Shown one piece after another: positions 44,087 through 53,907 of a stretch of 64,000 nucleotides of DNA. The stretch is from an uncultured Planctomycetaceae bacterium. Its GTDB lineage: Bacteria > Planctomycetota > Planctomycetia > Pirellulales > PALSA-1355. The DNA lies in the NCBI GenBank assembly GCA_963785305.1, contig CAWAUV010000008.1:800001-864000 (forward strand), read 5' to 3'. The notes below the pieces were generated by a model. It saw only the letters and a list, made by a program, of their open reading frames with translations. It had not been told where the DNA came from and searched no databases. Each line of letters begins with the position of its first letter. Position 1 is the stretch's first letter. The translations under genes and the position numbers were made by a program.

Positions 44087-45507
44087 TTAGAATTTTCACT
44101 GAACCCCGGGAAATCACGGTTTTCCTGGGGTTTTTTAATGTCCACTTCCGATCTGTTCTTTCCTGGGTTGCCCAGATTATCCCAATCGGCTCCAGTCTGC
44201 ATCGTCTTTTGCATCGTCTTTTGCATCGTCTCGGAGTTGCGTGGCCCGGATGGATTCCCAAGATCAACAGTGGCATTTAGCTGCGCGGCGGGCTGCTCGC
44301 TGCTCCGGCGGTCGGTCGATTCGCGATCGTCGCTCGAATTTGGCGACGACAAACAGGCAGATTCATCGGGCTTTTTTGTTGGCGCCGCGGCATCGGCGAA
44401 ATGCTCATCGGTCACTTGAAGGTAATGCTTGCTCGCGATCGCCAGCGAATTGCCCAACCAGCGGCAAACCGCGTGGGCCGGGAACTGGCTCGAAAGCTCG
44501 GTCTGCCGGGTCGATCGCAAGTTCTGCCAAAGCTTAGGCCAAGGCTGTAAGCCGGCCTTGCGAATGATCCGCTGTAATTGAGTCCGCAGGTTCGCCGCGG
44601 GGTCGCGGTAACGGGTGATGATAAACTCCGCGTCGACGGCCGTCTCTTGCCGACAGGCTTCCAAGTAGGTCCGCAGCTCCGGGAAGATCGGCACGTCGCG
44701 CGTCTCGTGGCCCTCGTGGTGTTCCGTCTTGGGGCTATGGACCGTCAATCGCCCCTTGGCCCAATCCACGTCGCCCCATCGCAAACCAAGCTGCTCCGAT
44801 GGGCAGCGCAAGCCGCCGAAGCGGCTCAAGGCAAATAGCAACCGCCATTGATTGTCGGGGCAAGCCGCGAGCACCGCGTCGGCCATTTCACGCGACACGA
44901 AGAATTCCCGGGCTCGATTTCCCTTGACCGCGATTCCCTTCATGTCGGCAAATGGATTCTCTCGAATCAGTTTTCGCCGCATCGCCGCCCGAAAGAACTG
45001 GCGGGCGATCCCGCATCGCCGGTTGACGGTGTTGGGCGCAAGCCCTTCGCCTTTCGGGGCCGGGCGACCAAGAAAGCGGCGGAAATCGTCGGCGTCGGCC
45101 GGCAGGATTTCGCCAAGCGGTTTCAACGCGCTGAAAAACTTGACCAGGCATCGCCGCGTGTGGCCATAGACGGTCGCCGTCGAGCCTTTCACGTCCGACC
45201 GCTCGGCGATAAACCTGTCGAGGAACGCGCCGAGCGTTTCTTGCGCCGCTTGCGTCCGTGGCGGAGCAATGCCGACCGCGGCCAACTTGCCATAGAAATC
45301 GTCGTCCAGTTCGCCGAGCCAGGCCGCTGTTTCGCGATCAAGGCTCACGTTCGCGATCGCGGCCGAAACGATCGCCTCGATACGGAGCTTGACCGTCTCG
45401 GTGGTTTTCATCGTCGCGCGGCCAAGGTACAGTATCTTGCGCACGCCATCGGCTCGCGTGAAGTAGATCGTGCGCAGCCCATCTTTGCTCGTGGAAATAC
45501 TGGCCAT
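44032..45507 (-). CDS. Tyrosine recombinase/integrase whose ORF runs through attL into the antisense of the tRNA
   Basis: ATG 45507 after GGAG. RFGGLRCPSE (catalytic R), SPKT (K), QNLR, WLGNS...KHY (Y). 491 aa in the integrated state. Confidence 0.93.
   Translation of the reverse strand: MASISTSKDGLRTIYFTRADGVRKILYLGRATMKTTETVKLRIEAIVSAAIANVSLDRETAAWLGELDDDFYGKLAAVGIAPPRTQAAQETLGAFLDRFIAERSDVKGSTATVYGHTRRCLVKFFSALKPLGEILPADADDFRRFLGRPAPKGEGLAPNTVNRRCGIARQFFRAAMRRKLIRENPFADMKGIAVKGNRAREFFVSREMADAVLAACPDNQWRLLFALSRFGGLRCPSEQLGLRWGDVDWAKGRLTVHSPKTEHHEGHETRDVPIFPELRTYLEACRQETAVDAEFIITRYRDPAANLRTQLQRIIRKAGLQPWPKLWQNLRSTRQTELSSQFPAHAVCRWLGNSLAIASKHYLQVTDEHFADAAAPTKKPDESACLSSPNSSDDRESTDRRSSEQPAAQLNATVDLGNPSGPRNSETMQKTMQKTMQTGADWDNLGNPGKNRSEVDIKKPQENRDFPGFSENSNGRHRTRTCDFHRVRMVL
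44067..44140 (+). repeat. attL: 74-bp direct repeat (tRNA 3' end plus terminator)
   Basis: Matches 57092-57165 except at 44071 (A vs G) and 44126 (T vs C); 54-bp perfect core 44072-44125. Confidence 0.96.
44102..44136 (+). terminator. Rho-independent terminator of tRNA-Val (duplicated at 57127-57161)
   Basis: Hairpin AACCCCGGGAAA...TTTCCTGGGGTT followed by a T tract. Confidence 0.8.
44198..44231 (+). repeat. Tandem 12-bp repeats TGCATCGTCTTT, ~3 copies (putative integrase arm-type sites)
   Basis: Copies start at 44198, 44210 and 44222. Related GCATCG triplet at 57021-57050. Confidence 0.75.
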
Positions 45508-45564
45508 CGCTTCTACTCTCCTTGCGTTTCGTGGGCGAAAACAGGCGTGAGCCAAGATCGTAGC

Positions 45565-45843
45565 CTAGGCCGATAATTGTAGCGAGGGCTCGATGGTCGC
45601 CACGCTGGCGATCGGTGGCGTGGTCGCGACAGTCGGGCCAGCGGTTTCGGCCTGGATCCAGTTCGCGAGCTGGGCCGGTGAGTAGCGCACACTGCGGCCG
45701 ATCCGCACGCATGGCAAGCGGCCGTCGCGGGTCATCACGTACACGGTTCGGGTCGAGACACTGAGCAATCGGGCGGCTTCACGCTGGTTGACCAGCATTG
45801 CCGGGGCCTCGGGCTTGGAAGCGGCGGAATTCTTGGCGGCCAT
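45565..45843 (-). CDS. Excisionase-like helix-turn-helix protein (HTH_17/MerR-like)
   Basis: MLVNQREAARLLSVSTRTVYVMTRDGRLPCVRIGRSVRYS; immediately upstream of int. Confidence 0.88.
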   Translation of the reverse strand: MAAKNSAASKPEAPAMLVNQREAARLLSVSTRTVYVMTRDGRLPCVRIGRSVRYSPAQLANWIQAETAGPTVATTPPIASVATIEPSLQLSA

Positions 45844-46477
45844 GATTCGAGTTCTCCAGAGGGATTACGGACCGGAACAACGAACGGTTCGCAATGCCGC
45901 GGCGTCGCGGGCGATCGTTTGTCCGGCGGAAGGAAATAATAACGGTCGAGGGCCATGCCGGCTCGCGAGCCGGAGGCGTGGCTCGGGGGCCTGCCAGAGC
46001 GCCATCACGCTTGGCGGCGGCCGTCGAGCGAGGGCGGAGCGGCGATGCGGCGCTTTCGATCGCGGCCACCGAAGGCCCGCCGACCGAGTGGCCTTGGGCG
46101 ATATTCTTGCTTTTCGCGGTCGAGCCGATCGCGCCTGTTGTGCGGCTTTTAACCGTAAACGTAAACTTACCTCGTAGCCCGGCTGTGCCCGGTGCGGTCG
46201 CGCGTGAAATTTCGCTAAGAAGGACCCATAAGACTCCAAGCGGGCAGAGAATCCCCGTGTCGCGTGTTGGTGCCGCAGTGGGCGCGGCAAGTCGCTTCCG
46301 ACCGGCTGGCGACCGGCAAAGTATCAGGCGAGCCCAAGGCGCGATTCGAGCGATCGACCGATCCTCGACCAAGTGGCTACCGCGAACACTCTGGCAAGCG
46401 CCTCGCGGCTTCCATTGGGGCGGTAGCGGCAATGCGGCGAGGCTCGCGGACCGCCTATGACCGCCAGGGGTTGGTAA

Positions 46478-47083
46478 TCACGGACGGCGATTGGCGGTTT
46501 GTGATGCAAGATCGGCCACGAAATACCGTGTCCCATCGCCATGAAGTTCGCTTGTGTGCTCCGCCCGAATTCTTCCGGCCGTCAACAGTTCATCCGCCCC
46601 ATTGATCCACTCTGAATGCGCAATCTCCATCGCGCGCGATCGCTCGGGGCAGCCACCTTCGCCGGCGGCTTCGATCGCGGCGAAGACTCGTTCCCTGATC
46701 GGGCGGAAATAAACTATGGTCGACCTATAATCCCCATTCGGCACTAACTTGGCGTCAAGCTGGCCATCGGACAATAAGCCCGCGATGATCGGCCGCCGCT
46801 TGTTCAAACGCACAAAATCGAGCAGCCTCGAAACATTGTAACGCGTTATGCCTTTATGATGCGCGCAACGCGCCGCGTCGATCAGCAATTGCCTTGCTCG
46901 CGATTTGATAGCGGCGTCGTCCGCCGACGCCTTGGCCTCCGGCGTCATCGGCTCGACGGTCGGCGGCGGGGTATCGATTACCGTATCCAGGTCAGCGACG
47001 TTCGCCGCCGCGGGTCCAGCGGACTCCGGCCGTTTATTCCAACCGTAGCAGACAAAAACGAAATCAGGTTCTTCCATTGGCAT
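46478..47083 (-). CDS. Hypothetical protein, possibly tandem winged-helix
   Basis: 201-aa ORF with GAGG RBS; two segments resembling the primase C-terminal region. Confidence 0.6.
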   Translation of the reverse strand: MPMEEPDFVFVCYGWNKRPESAGPAAANVADLDTVIDTPPPTVEPMTPEAKASADDAAIKSRARQLLIDAARCAHHKGITRYNVSRLLDFVRLNKRRPIIAGLLSDGQLDAKLVPNGDYRSTIVYFRPIRERVFAAIEAAGEGGCPERSRAMEIAHSEWINGADELLTAGRIRAEHTSELHGDGTRYFVADLASQTANRRP

Positions 47084-47136
47084 ACCTCGAATGTAGACAA
47101 TCCAGAGACCGCGAAACGACCGCGAGAGGCTTTTTG

Positions 47137-47254
47137 CCTTATTGCGCTTTTTACCAGGGGGTCACGCGTAAACACGATCAAACCGCCGACTAAACCGGAC
47201 AACGGGAATAATCGGAATCGAATTCCGGGGGCTCTGGTAAAAAGCGCAATAAGG
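47137..47254. promoter_or_regulatory. Perfect 21-bp inverted repeat in an AT-rich gap (candidate replication origin)
   Basis: CCTTATTGCGCTTTTTACCAG (47137-47157) and CTGGTAAAAAGCGCAATAAGG (47234-47254), just downstream of the primase gene. Confidence 0.6.
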
Positions 47255-47418
47255 TAATAAGGGTGTTGTTGTTGTTTGTAAATGCTTGTTTTTCAAGGCT
47301 CTGCGGCGATCGCTCGTTGGTCGAAAAAACGTGGTAATGAAAGGGCAAGAAGCGCAATGGGTTTCGAGTCGGCCAACCTTCTTGCCACTTTTTACCACCA
47401 GATTGCGCGGCGGGTGCG

Positions 47419-49483
47419 CTATTGGCCCTTGATCCTGAGTGATTCGCCAGGTCGCCCATCCGTCTGCCTTGATCGGCGGTCGATAAGCCCCTGGCCTTCG
47501 AGGCTCTTGACCACTTCCTCGCGATCGCGCGGCGTCCATCCCCTTGTTCCGCGATTGAACTTCCATGCCGGCATCCAGCCATCGCCATGTCCCCGGTCGC
47601 GGTGGTCGCGGATTACCCGCAGGGCTTTCTTTTGCTTCGCGTCGAAATCGCTATCGCAAACATGCGAACTGGCCATCCACAGCATGCGGCGAGTTTGGTG
47701 GCGAACGAAATTCGCGCTCCACTCCGCCGCTTCCAACTGGATCGCCGGTTGCAAATGATTCTGGCTACACGCGTAGTTGAGCGCAAGCCGGCGCTGCTTT
47801 TCCGAAGCGCGAGCCCAAATCGCCATCGCGACCTCATCGCCTTCCGACTCGGCGGAGCTATATTCACGGTCCGCATCGGCGCGGAAGGCCGCAATGCACG
47901 ACTTCGCCGCCGAGTCAGCGGCCACTAGGATCGGCTGGGGGTGCCAAGCGGCAAGATTACCGCCTCGCCTTGACTCGCCCGGGAAGAAATCGGCCCAATG
48001 CCGCGCGGCGTCAACGATCGCTCGCGGGACATCTTGCGGTTCGGTCTCTTGCCCGCGCCCTCGCAAACCGGCTTCAAGCACGATCAATCGGGCGAACAAG
48101 CCATCGGTGAGCATTCGTGGCGACATCGCGCCATAGAACTGCTGCGGAATCGCCGTGCCGTACAATGTCAAGCCCGGCTGATCCACGAATCTTGCTTCCT
48201 GGCCGGCTCGAATTCTCAGCGGGTAAATCGTGTTCGCGGAAGTGAACAGCTTCAAGAGCGTGGCGGAAATCATTTCATAGCGCTGCTCGCGACCGCTGCG
48301 GATCGCATTCAGCAGGGCATGGAATTCGTCGATTTGCAGCAGGCAAGCCGGCATCGTAAACAACTTGTCTTCAATCGACTCAGAAGACGAAATCGTATCG
48401 CCGATCGCATCCGAGAGCCCGACGCCATGAAGAACGTCGATATTGACGGCCCGCGGCCGATTCTTTCCCGCGCCGGAGCTTGCGAGATTGACCACGTAAA
48501 GACTTGTTCGATTGTTCATGTCATCGCGTACTTTTCGCGACGCTAGGAACGCTTGCAGCCCCAACGCGCCGCCAAATGCTAGCGATCGCTCGGGGTAAGG
48601 CGCCGTGTCGAGCGTGTATTGCACTACATCGTCAATGAATCCCGGCACGCTCAACAGTTCGGCCGGAGTTTGCCCGGGATCGCTCGGGCCATTGTCTTGA
48701 GCATTCATTTCCTGGTCATCGTCGCCCAACGCGCCCTCGGCCAAGGCGCTCGCCACGCCATCCGGCGCGTAACGTCCCACGCTGCGGGCGATCGTGGCAA
48801 TCTCACTTGCGGGCAGCTCAGGCCGGCAGCGTTTGACGTTTTCGAGCCGGAGCGCGGCCTCGATCGCGTCGGGCGACAGTCCGATCCGGCGGAGCGAGCC
48901 CGCCAGGCTGGTCAGCGTGGCATTCCGCGCGCCTTCGATGATCGCCACGCCCTCGACGCCATCGGTCTTCAAAACCACCTCGCGGCCGGCAGGCGCGTTG
49001 GCAATGAGCGCGAGCAACCACCGCGGCGGCTCCGGCAATCGCTCGCGGGGCTCGATCTCGATCGCCCAGGCATAGGGCTTGCCATCGACGATCGAGGGCG
49101 CCACGACGATATAGCCGCCATCGGCGCGCGTGTCGACCTTAGGCGCAATCTTGCCGGCCGTGTTGCGAAAGCATCGCCCGGCCGGCGCGGAACAGATAAT
49201 GCCGGCCGCCGGAAGGCGTGAGCGCCATCGGCGCGGCCGCCAACTCCATCGCCCGATCGGGCGAATTGGCGAGCCAGGGGTTATGCTTGCCATCGACATC
49301 GACCACGATCAGGCCGGCGGTCGCCAGGCCGATATTCGCGTCCGGGTTCGCCTGCCACCAGGCGGATATCTGTTCCTCGTCGGTCGTGGCTTCCTTGCAG
49401 CCGCGCATGCCGGCTGCTTGGCGCCCGGCGCAAGGAAAGATCGGATAGCCGAGTTCGGCGTAGCGGAGCGCGTCGTTGAGCAT
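47419..49483 (-). CDS. Bifunctional DNA primase/polymerase (Prim-Pol + PriCT + DUF3987-like helicase region), frameshifted near 49150-49300
   Basis: ALRYAELGYPIFPC, ATTD...WW...ANIGL, VVDVD, TPSGGRHYLF, DTRADGGYIVVAPS, EGARNATLTSLAGSLR, P-loop-like ASSGAGK, IDEF. Confidence 0.9.
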
Positions 49484-49631
49484 TGATTGTCCAATAAAAA
49501 GCCGACCAACGGGCGCCAATAGGGTGCGCTTCGTTGGCCGGCTTATCCGGCGAACAATTGGCCATGCTTTTTTTTGCTGCCTATTTTCAGCGAAAAAAGC
49601 GGAAATCAAACAAAAAAGGCGTTGGCCGTTA

Positions 49632-50489
49632 TCAACTCCAGCCGAAGGTGTCGGCGAACGAAATGCTTTGATACACCTGCTCGACGTTGACGCAATCCGC
49701 CACGAGGCTCGCGATTTGATCGCCGCTCGCGTTCGTTCCGATGGCGTTCTTGAATTTTACCCAGGTGTATTCCCAACCTTTCTTGGTGATTGGGCCGATG
49801 CCGCTGATTATGAGCGGCGGAGAGCTGGTCAGTGTCGCGTTTTGATTGGCGGCGAACTGAAATTGAATTTCCGTTTCCGTGGCGCTGCCGTCGTTGCCGG
49901 TCGCGCCAAGGAACAGCAGCTCGCCCGGCTGAAAATTAAGGAACACATCGGAGTTCGTGCAACCCGTCGCGGACGCAAGCGTGCGCGTGAAGGGAAGCGT
50001 CACTACGCCTTGCGGATAGCGGTATGTCACATTGAACTTGAGCGCCGGGACCACGATATCGGCGCCATCCGGCTCGCCGCCGTCGAGCGGAACGCCGATA
50101 GCGCCGTTGTAGGGATTGCTCGCGGCGGCGGCGGTGGCATTCGCGGTGCTCGTCGTCCATGAGCCGACATGGGGGATCGCATATTTTTGCTTCGCCGTGC
50201 CGCCGGTCGTGTCGAAGTTAAAGGTATACGACCCGGTTTGATGCTGCATTTGGGCATAGGGAACCGTGACGATATAGCGGGCGAATCCAGCCGGCGCGAG
50301 GAGAATGTCCTGCCGGTAGAGCATGCCGATCGTCGAAATCACGGTCTGCGCCGTGGAGAGCGCGGCGTTCAGGAGCACGGTCTGATCGTCTACCTCGCCG
50401 CTCGCGAGAAACTTCATGGTGAGACTCGGCGGCTGAATCGACTGCTCGCGCGAGTCGGGTATTTCGTCGAACGTAAACGCGGTCGACAT
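49632..50489 (-). CDS. Phage-related beta-rich protein directly downstream of the tape measure gene (putative distal tail/tail-tip component)
   Basis: 285-aa ORF (FNFDTTGGT, PGELLFLGA, KKGWEYTWV). Function inferred only from position. Confidence 0.55.
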   Translation of the reverse strand: MSTAFTFDEIPDSREQSIQPPSLTMKFLASGEVDDQTVLLNAALSTAQTVISTIGMLYRQDILLAPAGFARYIVTVPYAQMQHQTGSYTFNFDTTGGTAKQKYAIPHVGSWTTSTANATAAAASNPYNGAIGVPLDGGEPDGADIVVPALKFNVTYRYPQGVVTLPFTRTLASATGCTNSDVFLNFQPGELLFLGATGNDGSATETEIQFQFAANQNATLTSSPPLIISGIGPITKKGWEYTWVKFKNAIGTNASGDQIASLVADCVNVEQVYQSISFADTFGWS

Positions 50490-50530
50490 GGATTGCTTTC
50501 GGTGTGGAAGAAGGAGAAGAAGAAGGAGTG

Positions 50531-50614
50531 GCCACGGACGAACACGGAAGAAACACAGAAAAAGGCGACGGGCAATAAATTCGTTTCCGTGTTATTTCCG
50601 TGTTCTTCCGTGGC
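50531..50614. repeat. Imperfect palindromic REP-like element built from tandem CACGGA units
   Basis: GCCACGGACGAACACGGAAGAAACACAGAA ... TTCCGTGTTATTTCCGTGTTCTTCCGTGGC. Confidence 0.75.
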
Positions 50615-50624
50615 TAAAAAATTC

Positions 50625-52782
50625 CTACGCGATGAGGCCGGCTTTGTCGATCGCGTCTTTCACGGCGTCGATCGCTTTGATTTGCTTCTTGTGGAGCTTG
50701 ACCGACTGCTCGGCGGCGTTGGCGGCGCGGGCCGCGGGGGAGCTTCCGCCGGCGCCGGCCATCAGCGCGGCGGCGCTGAACGAGCCGATGATTTTCTTGT
50801 CGATCGCCGGCAAGAGTCCGGCCGTGCGATCCTCGTGCGCTTCGTCGTGCTTGGCCTCGGCCGCTTTACGGGCCGCGGCGGCTTGGAAGGCGAGCGCGCC
50901 GAGTTCGTCGCGGAGCTGATCGCCGATCGAGGTAATGTGCTGGCGACCGCCGGCGTTGTTCTTCCGGGGGGCGCTCGCGGCCTCGTTCGTGCGGTGCTCG
51001 AAATACTTGTCGATATTGTCGAGCTTGAGTTCCGTGTCGTCATGCTTTCCGCGATAAAGCGCGTCGAGCTCAGCGCCGACTCCTCCGCCCTGTTGGTGCT
51101 CCATCGCGAAGCGGATATCTTCTCGCTCGCGACGCAGATCGTCCTTACTCCACTTTCGGCCGGCTTCGTCGGTGGCCATGTCATCGGGGGAAGCGTCGGC
51201 CTGGCGAGAAAGATCGGCGTTTTCCACGGCGCGCCGCGTGGTCGCCGCGGACTGATCGGCGGCGAGTTTTTTCAGCGCGTTCCGCTTCCTCTGGCGAGTG
51301 GCCTGTAATCCACATCGCGAGCGGATCGCCGTCTTCCGCGTCTTGGAGAAAGAACTCGGAAACCTTCTTCTGCGCGAATTGGAGTTTGTCGAGCACGAAG
51401 CGCATCGTCTTCGTGAAGGCGTTCGCGATCGTCTCGCAGAAGCCGTGCCATATCGCCGCCGAATTTTTGACGACTGTTTCCCATGCTCCGCTCCAATCGC
51501 CGTCGCTTAGTTGCTCGCCGAGCTTGCCGAGCATGTCGCCAAAATCTCCACCCACGGATTCGGCCAGGGCGGCCATGCCGTCGGCGAACGCGGCCCGGAC
51601 GCCGAGCATGGCCATCTTGCCGGCCATCGCGAGGTTTCCGCCGGCGATCGCGTCGAAGATTCCGCCCATCGCGGTTTGGATCGTGCCCTTCACGCGGCCG
51701 AATATCTTGCCGATCGCGCTGGCCGCGGCTTTCCCGGTTTCGGTGTATTTGAAAAACGCGTAGCCTCCGGCGCCAAGCGCGGCCGTGATCGCCGCCATCG
51801 CGATTGGAACCGGCGCGAAAAGCGAGCCAAGCAGCCCAAGCACGGTAGCGAAGCCGCCGGCGGCGGTGGTCATCGCCACGATGCCGAGTCCGGCCCCTGT
51901 CATCGCGGCGCCGAGAACGCTCATGCCGATGCCCGCGATCGCCACGCCCTTGACGATACCCGCGTTCGCCGCCATCCATTTGGTGGCCTCGGCGACGAAT
52001 TGGGTGATGATCTTGTAGCCGCGCTCGAACGGCTCTGCCACGATACCGCCGATCTTCTGCCATGCGCCGGTGACAACGCGGCTGAGGCGAATTTGCGATT
52101 TTTCGAGCTGGTTCGCCATCTTGGCCTCGGCGTCGGTCGGGGCCAAGCCAAGCTCACGGGCCTCGCGCTTGTATCCCTCCAGCTCCTTAATCATCGGCAG
52201 GAGCGACGGCGCGTCGCGGCCAAGGAACTTCATGGCTTCGGCCGTGCGATCGGTGGCCGAAGGAAGGCCGGCGAGCTTCTTGGCGAGCAGGTCGAATTGC
52301 TTGTCGGGCGACATCGCGCGCATTTCCTGCCACGACATGCCGAGTCGCTGGAACTCCGTGCGCGCGTCGGCGGCGCCCTCGGCCGCGCTTTCGATTGCCG
52401 CCTGGAGCTTTTTTAGGCCGATCTCCCAATCGGTGATCGTGCTGCCGCCCATTTCGGCCGCGTGCTGATACTCGCCGAGCTTGCTGGCGGCGATCCCTGT
52501 CCGCTCGCTCATTTCCTGGAGCGCGCTGTTTCCCTCCACCCAGACATCGAGACACTTATGGAAAGCCTCGGTCACGACGCCGCCGATCGTGCCGATCGAC
52601 GATAGCTTATCGGTCGCCTCCTTCGCGGCGGCGAAAAGCGCTTCGCTCCCGCCGATCTCCGCGACCGTCTTGCCGACTTCGCGAATCCGCTCATTGATCC
52701 GCTTCATTTTTTCATGGAAACCCTTGTCCTTGGCCGCGATCTCGATGTATGCCTTGCCGGCGCGTATTTCACTCTCGCCCAT
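50625..52782 (-). CDS. Phage tail tape-measure-like protein (frameshifts near 51180-51280)
   Basis: IRAGKAYIEIAAKD, LQEMSERTGIA, SPDKQFDLLAKKL...TAEAMKFLGR...LLPM, EARELGL, central Ala/Gly hydrophobic stretch. About 720 codons across ORFs 51181..52782 and 50625..51227. Confidence 0.82.
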
Positions 52783-52934
52783 ATTCCCAAGACCTTGCGG
52801 GCGATGCCCGCTGATAATTGTCGCTTCCGCGACATGTGGTGGTGGCGCTCGCGATGCTCGCTTCGCGCTATTCAGCTAGTGCGTCAGCGACCAACGGGAG
52901 CGGACAATTTCGATCGTCGCGGCAGCGGCAATCA

Positions 52935-53318
52935 TCAGCCGGCATCGCCGGCACGTCGCCGATCCGACCGCGATCGACGACTTGGCGTTCGCAGGTGAGC
53001 AAGCAGAATCGCCGCATCGTGCGGAAAGACGGAAACAGTAACCGCTTTCAAAAGAGCATCGACCGCCCGCCCGATCGCGTCGCCAGCGATCGCCGCCCCG
53101 AATTGCGTGCTCGTGATTCCGGCGGCGTCCGCCTGGTCTTCGCAGAGCAGCCAGAGCACATTGGCTAGTAGCTCTGGTTCGTTTCCCAATCGGTCGTAGG
53201 GCTCTCGGCTGCGGTTGCCCAGGTCGAGGCCGTTGCAGTGGCGCTTGATTCGGTCGATCTTCTCGGCGTCGACGACCAATGACCAAGCCCGGCCGCGATT
53301 GTCTTGAAATTTCGCCAT
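52935..53318 (-). CDS. Phage protein, putative tail assembly chaperone
   Basis: MAKFQDNRGRAWSL...LLANVLWLLCEDQAD...FGAAIAGDAI. Size and position immediately upstream of the tape measure gene fit a TAC. The 3' end may be frameshifted. Confidence 0.6.
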   Translation of the reverse strand: MAKFQDNRGRAWSLVVDAEKIDRIKRHCNGLDLGNRSREPYDRLGNEPELLANVLWLLCEDQADAAGITSTQFGAAIAGDAIGRAVDALLKAVTVSVFPHDAAILLAHLRTPSRRSRSDRRRAGDAG

Positions 53319-53440
53319 GTGTTTCTTTCAGGGGTGTCGGCCAGCCGTGGCCTTGATGGGGGTTTGGGTTCCGGCGATCGGATCGACCGCTTCGACGATC
53401 GCCGTCGATGTTGCCCTTTGCGATCGCGGGCGCGATCGAG

Positions 53441-53698
53441 CTAGGGCCGCGTGGCGGCGGATCGGTTCAGCCCACGATGCTCGACGCCAGCCAGGCGGTC
53501 ACGGCGATTCCGCGGCCAGCGCAGCATCCGGGGGCCGACACGGACCGGGGCAGGGAACTGGCCATGCTCGGCCCATCGGGTGATGCTTCGCGAGGAAGCG
53601 CCGACCATTGCCGCGGGACGAAAATAGGCGTCCACGCCGTCGATCACGGCAGGGCATGCCGCATCGGCGGTTGAATGGATTTCCCTCACCATAAACAC
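53441..53698 (-). CDS. AlpA-family phage regulatory protein (boundaries uncertain, likely frameshifted)
   Basis: SSRSITRWAEHGQFPAPVRVGPRMLRW is the AlpA signature. Confidence 0.78.
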   Translation of the reverse strand: MFMVREIHSTADAACPAVIDGVDAYFRPAAMVGASSRSITRWAEHGQFPAPVRVGPRMLRWPRNRRDRLAGVEHRGLNRSAATRP

Positions 53699-53907
53699 CG
53701 GGCCACTGATGCGGTCTAATTGCCAGACAGCTCAAGAAAAACCCCACTTCTCGCAGCCACAATCAAAATAGACCGCGGATAATCGACATAAGCGCAATCT
53801 TTCGACAATTTGCGTGCCGGCTTTATTTACCGATGCGGGAATGTCGACTGATATTGGCCCGGTTCTGTTTTATCGGGCAGACTGTCAATCAATCCGAGAG
53901 GCCGCAC

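Noticed and set aside
44198..44231. Short tandem repeats (also 37853-37927 and 50531-50614) as a CRISPR array
   Set aside because: No spacers between units, units are too short, and no cas genes are present.
45850..46470. ORFs between the xis-like gene and the 46478 gene
   Set aside because: Arg/Pro/Ala-rich translations in all frames with no recognisable domain; a small or frameshifted gene cannot be excluded.
52870..53060. Programmed ribosomal frameshift (lambda G/GT-type) at the end of the putative tail chaperone
   Set aside because: I found no clear slippery heptamer, the alternative frames give no convincing extension, and background indel noise makes it untestable here.
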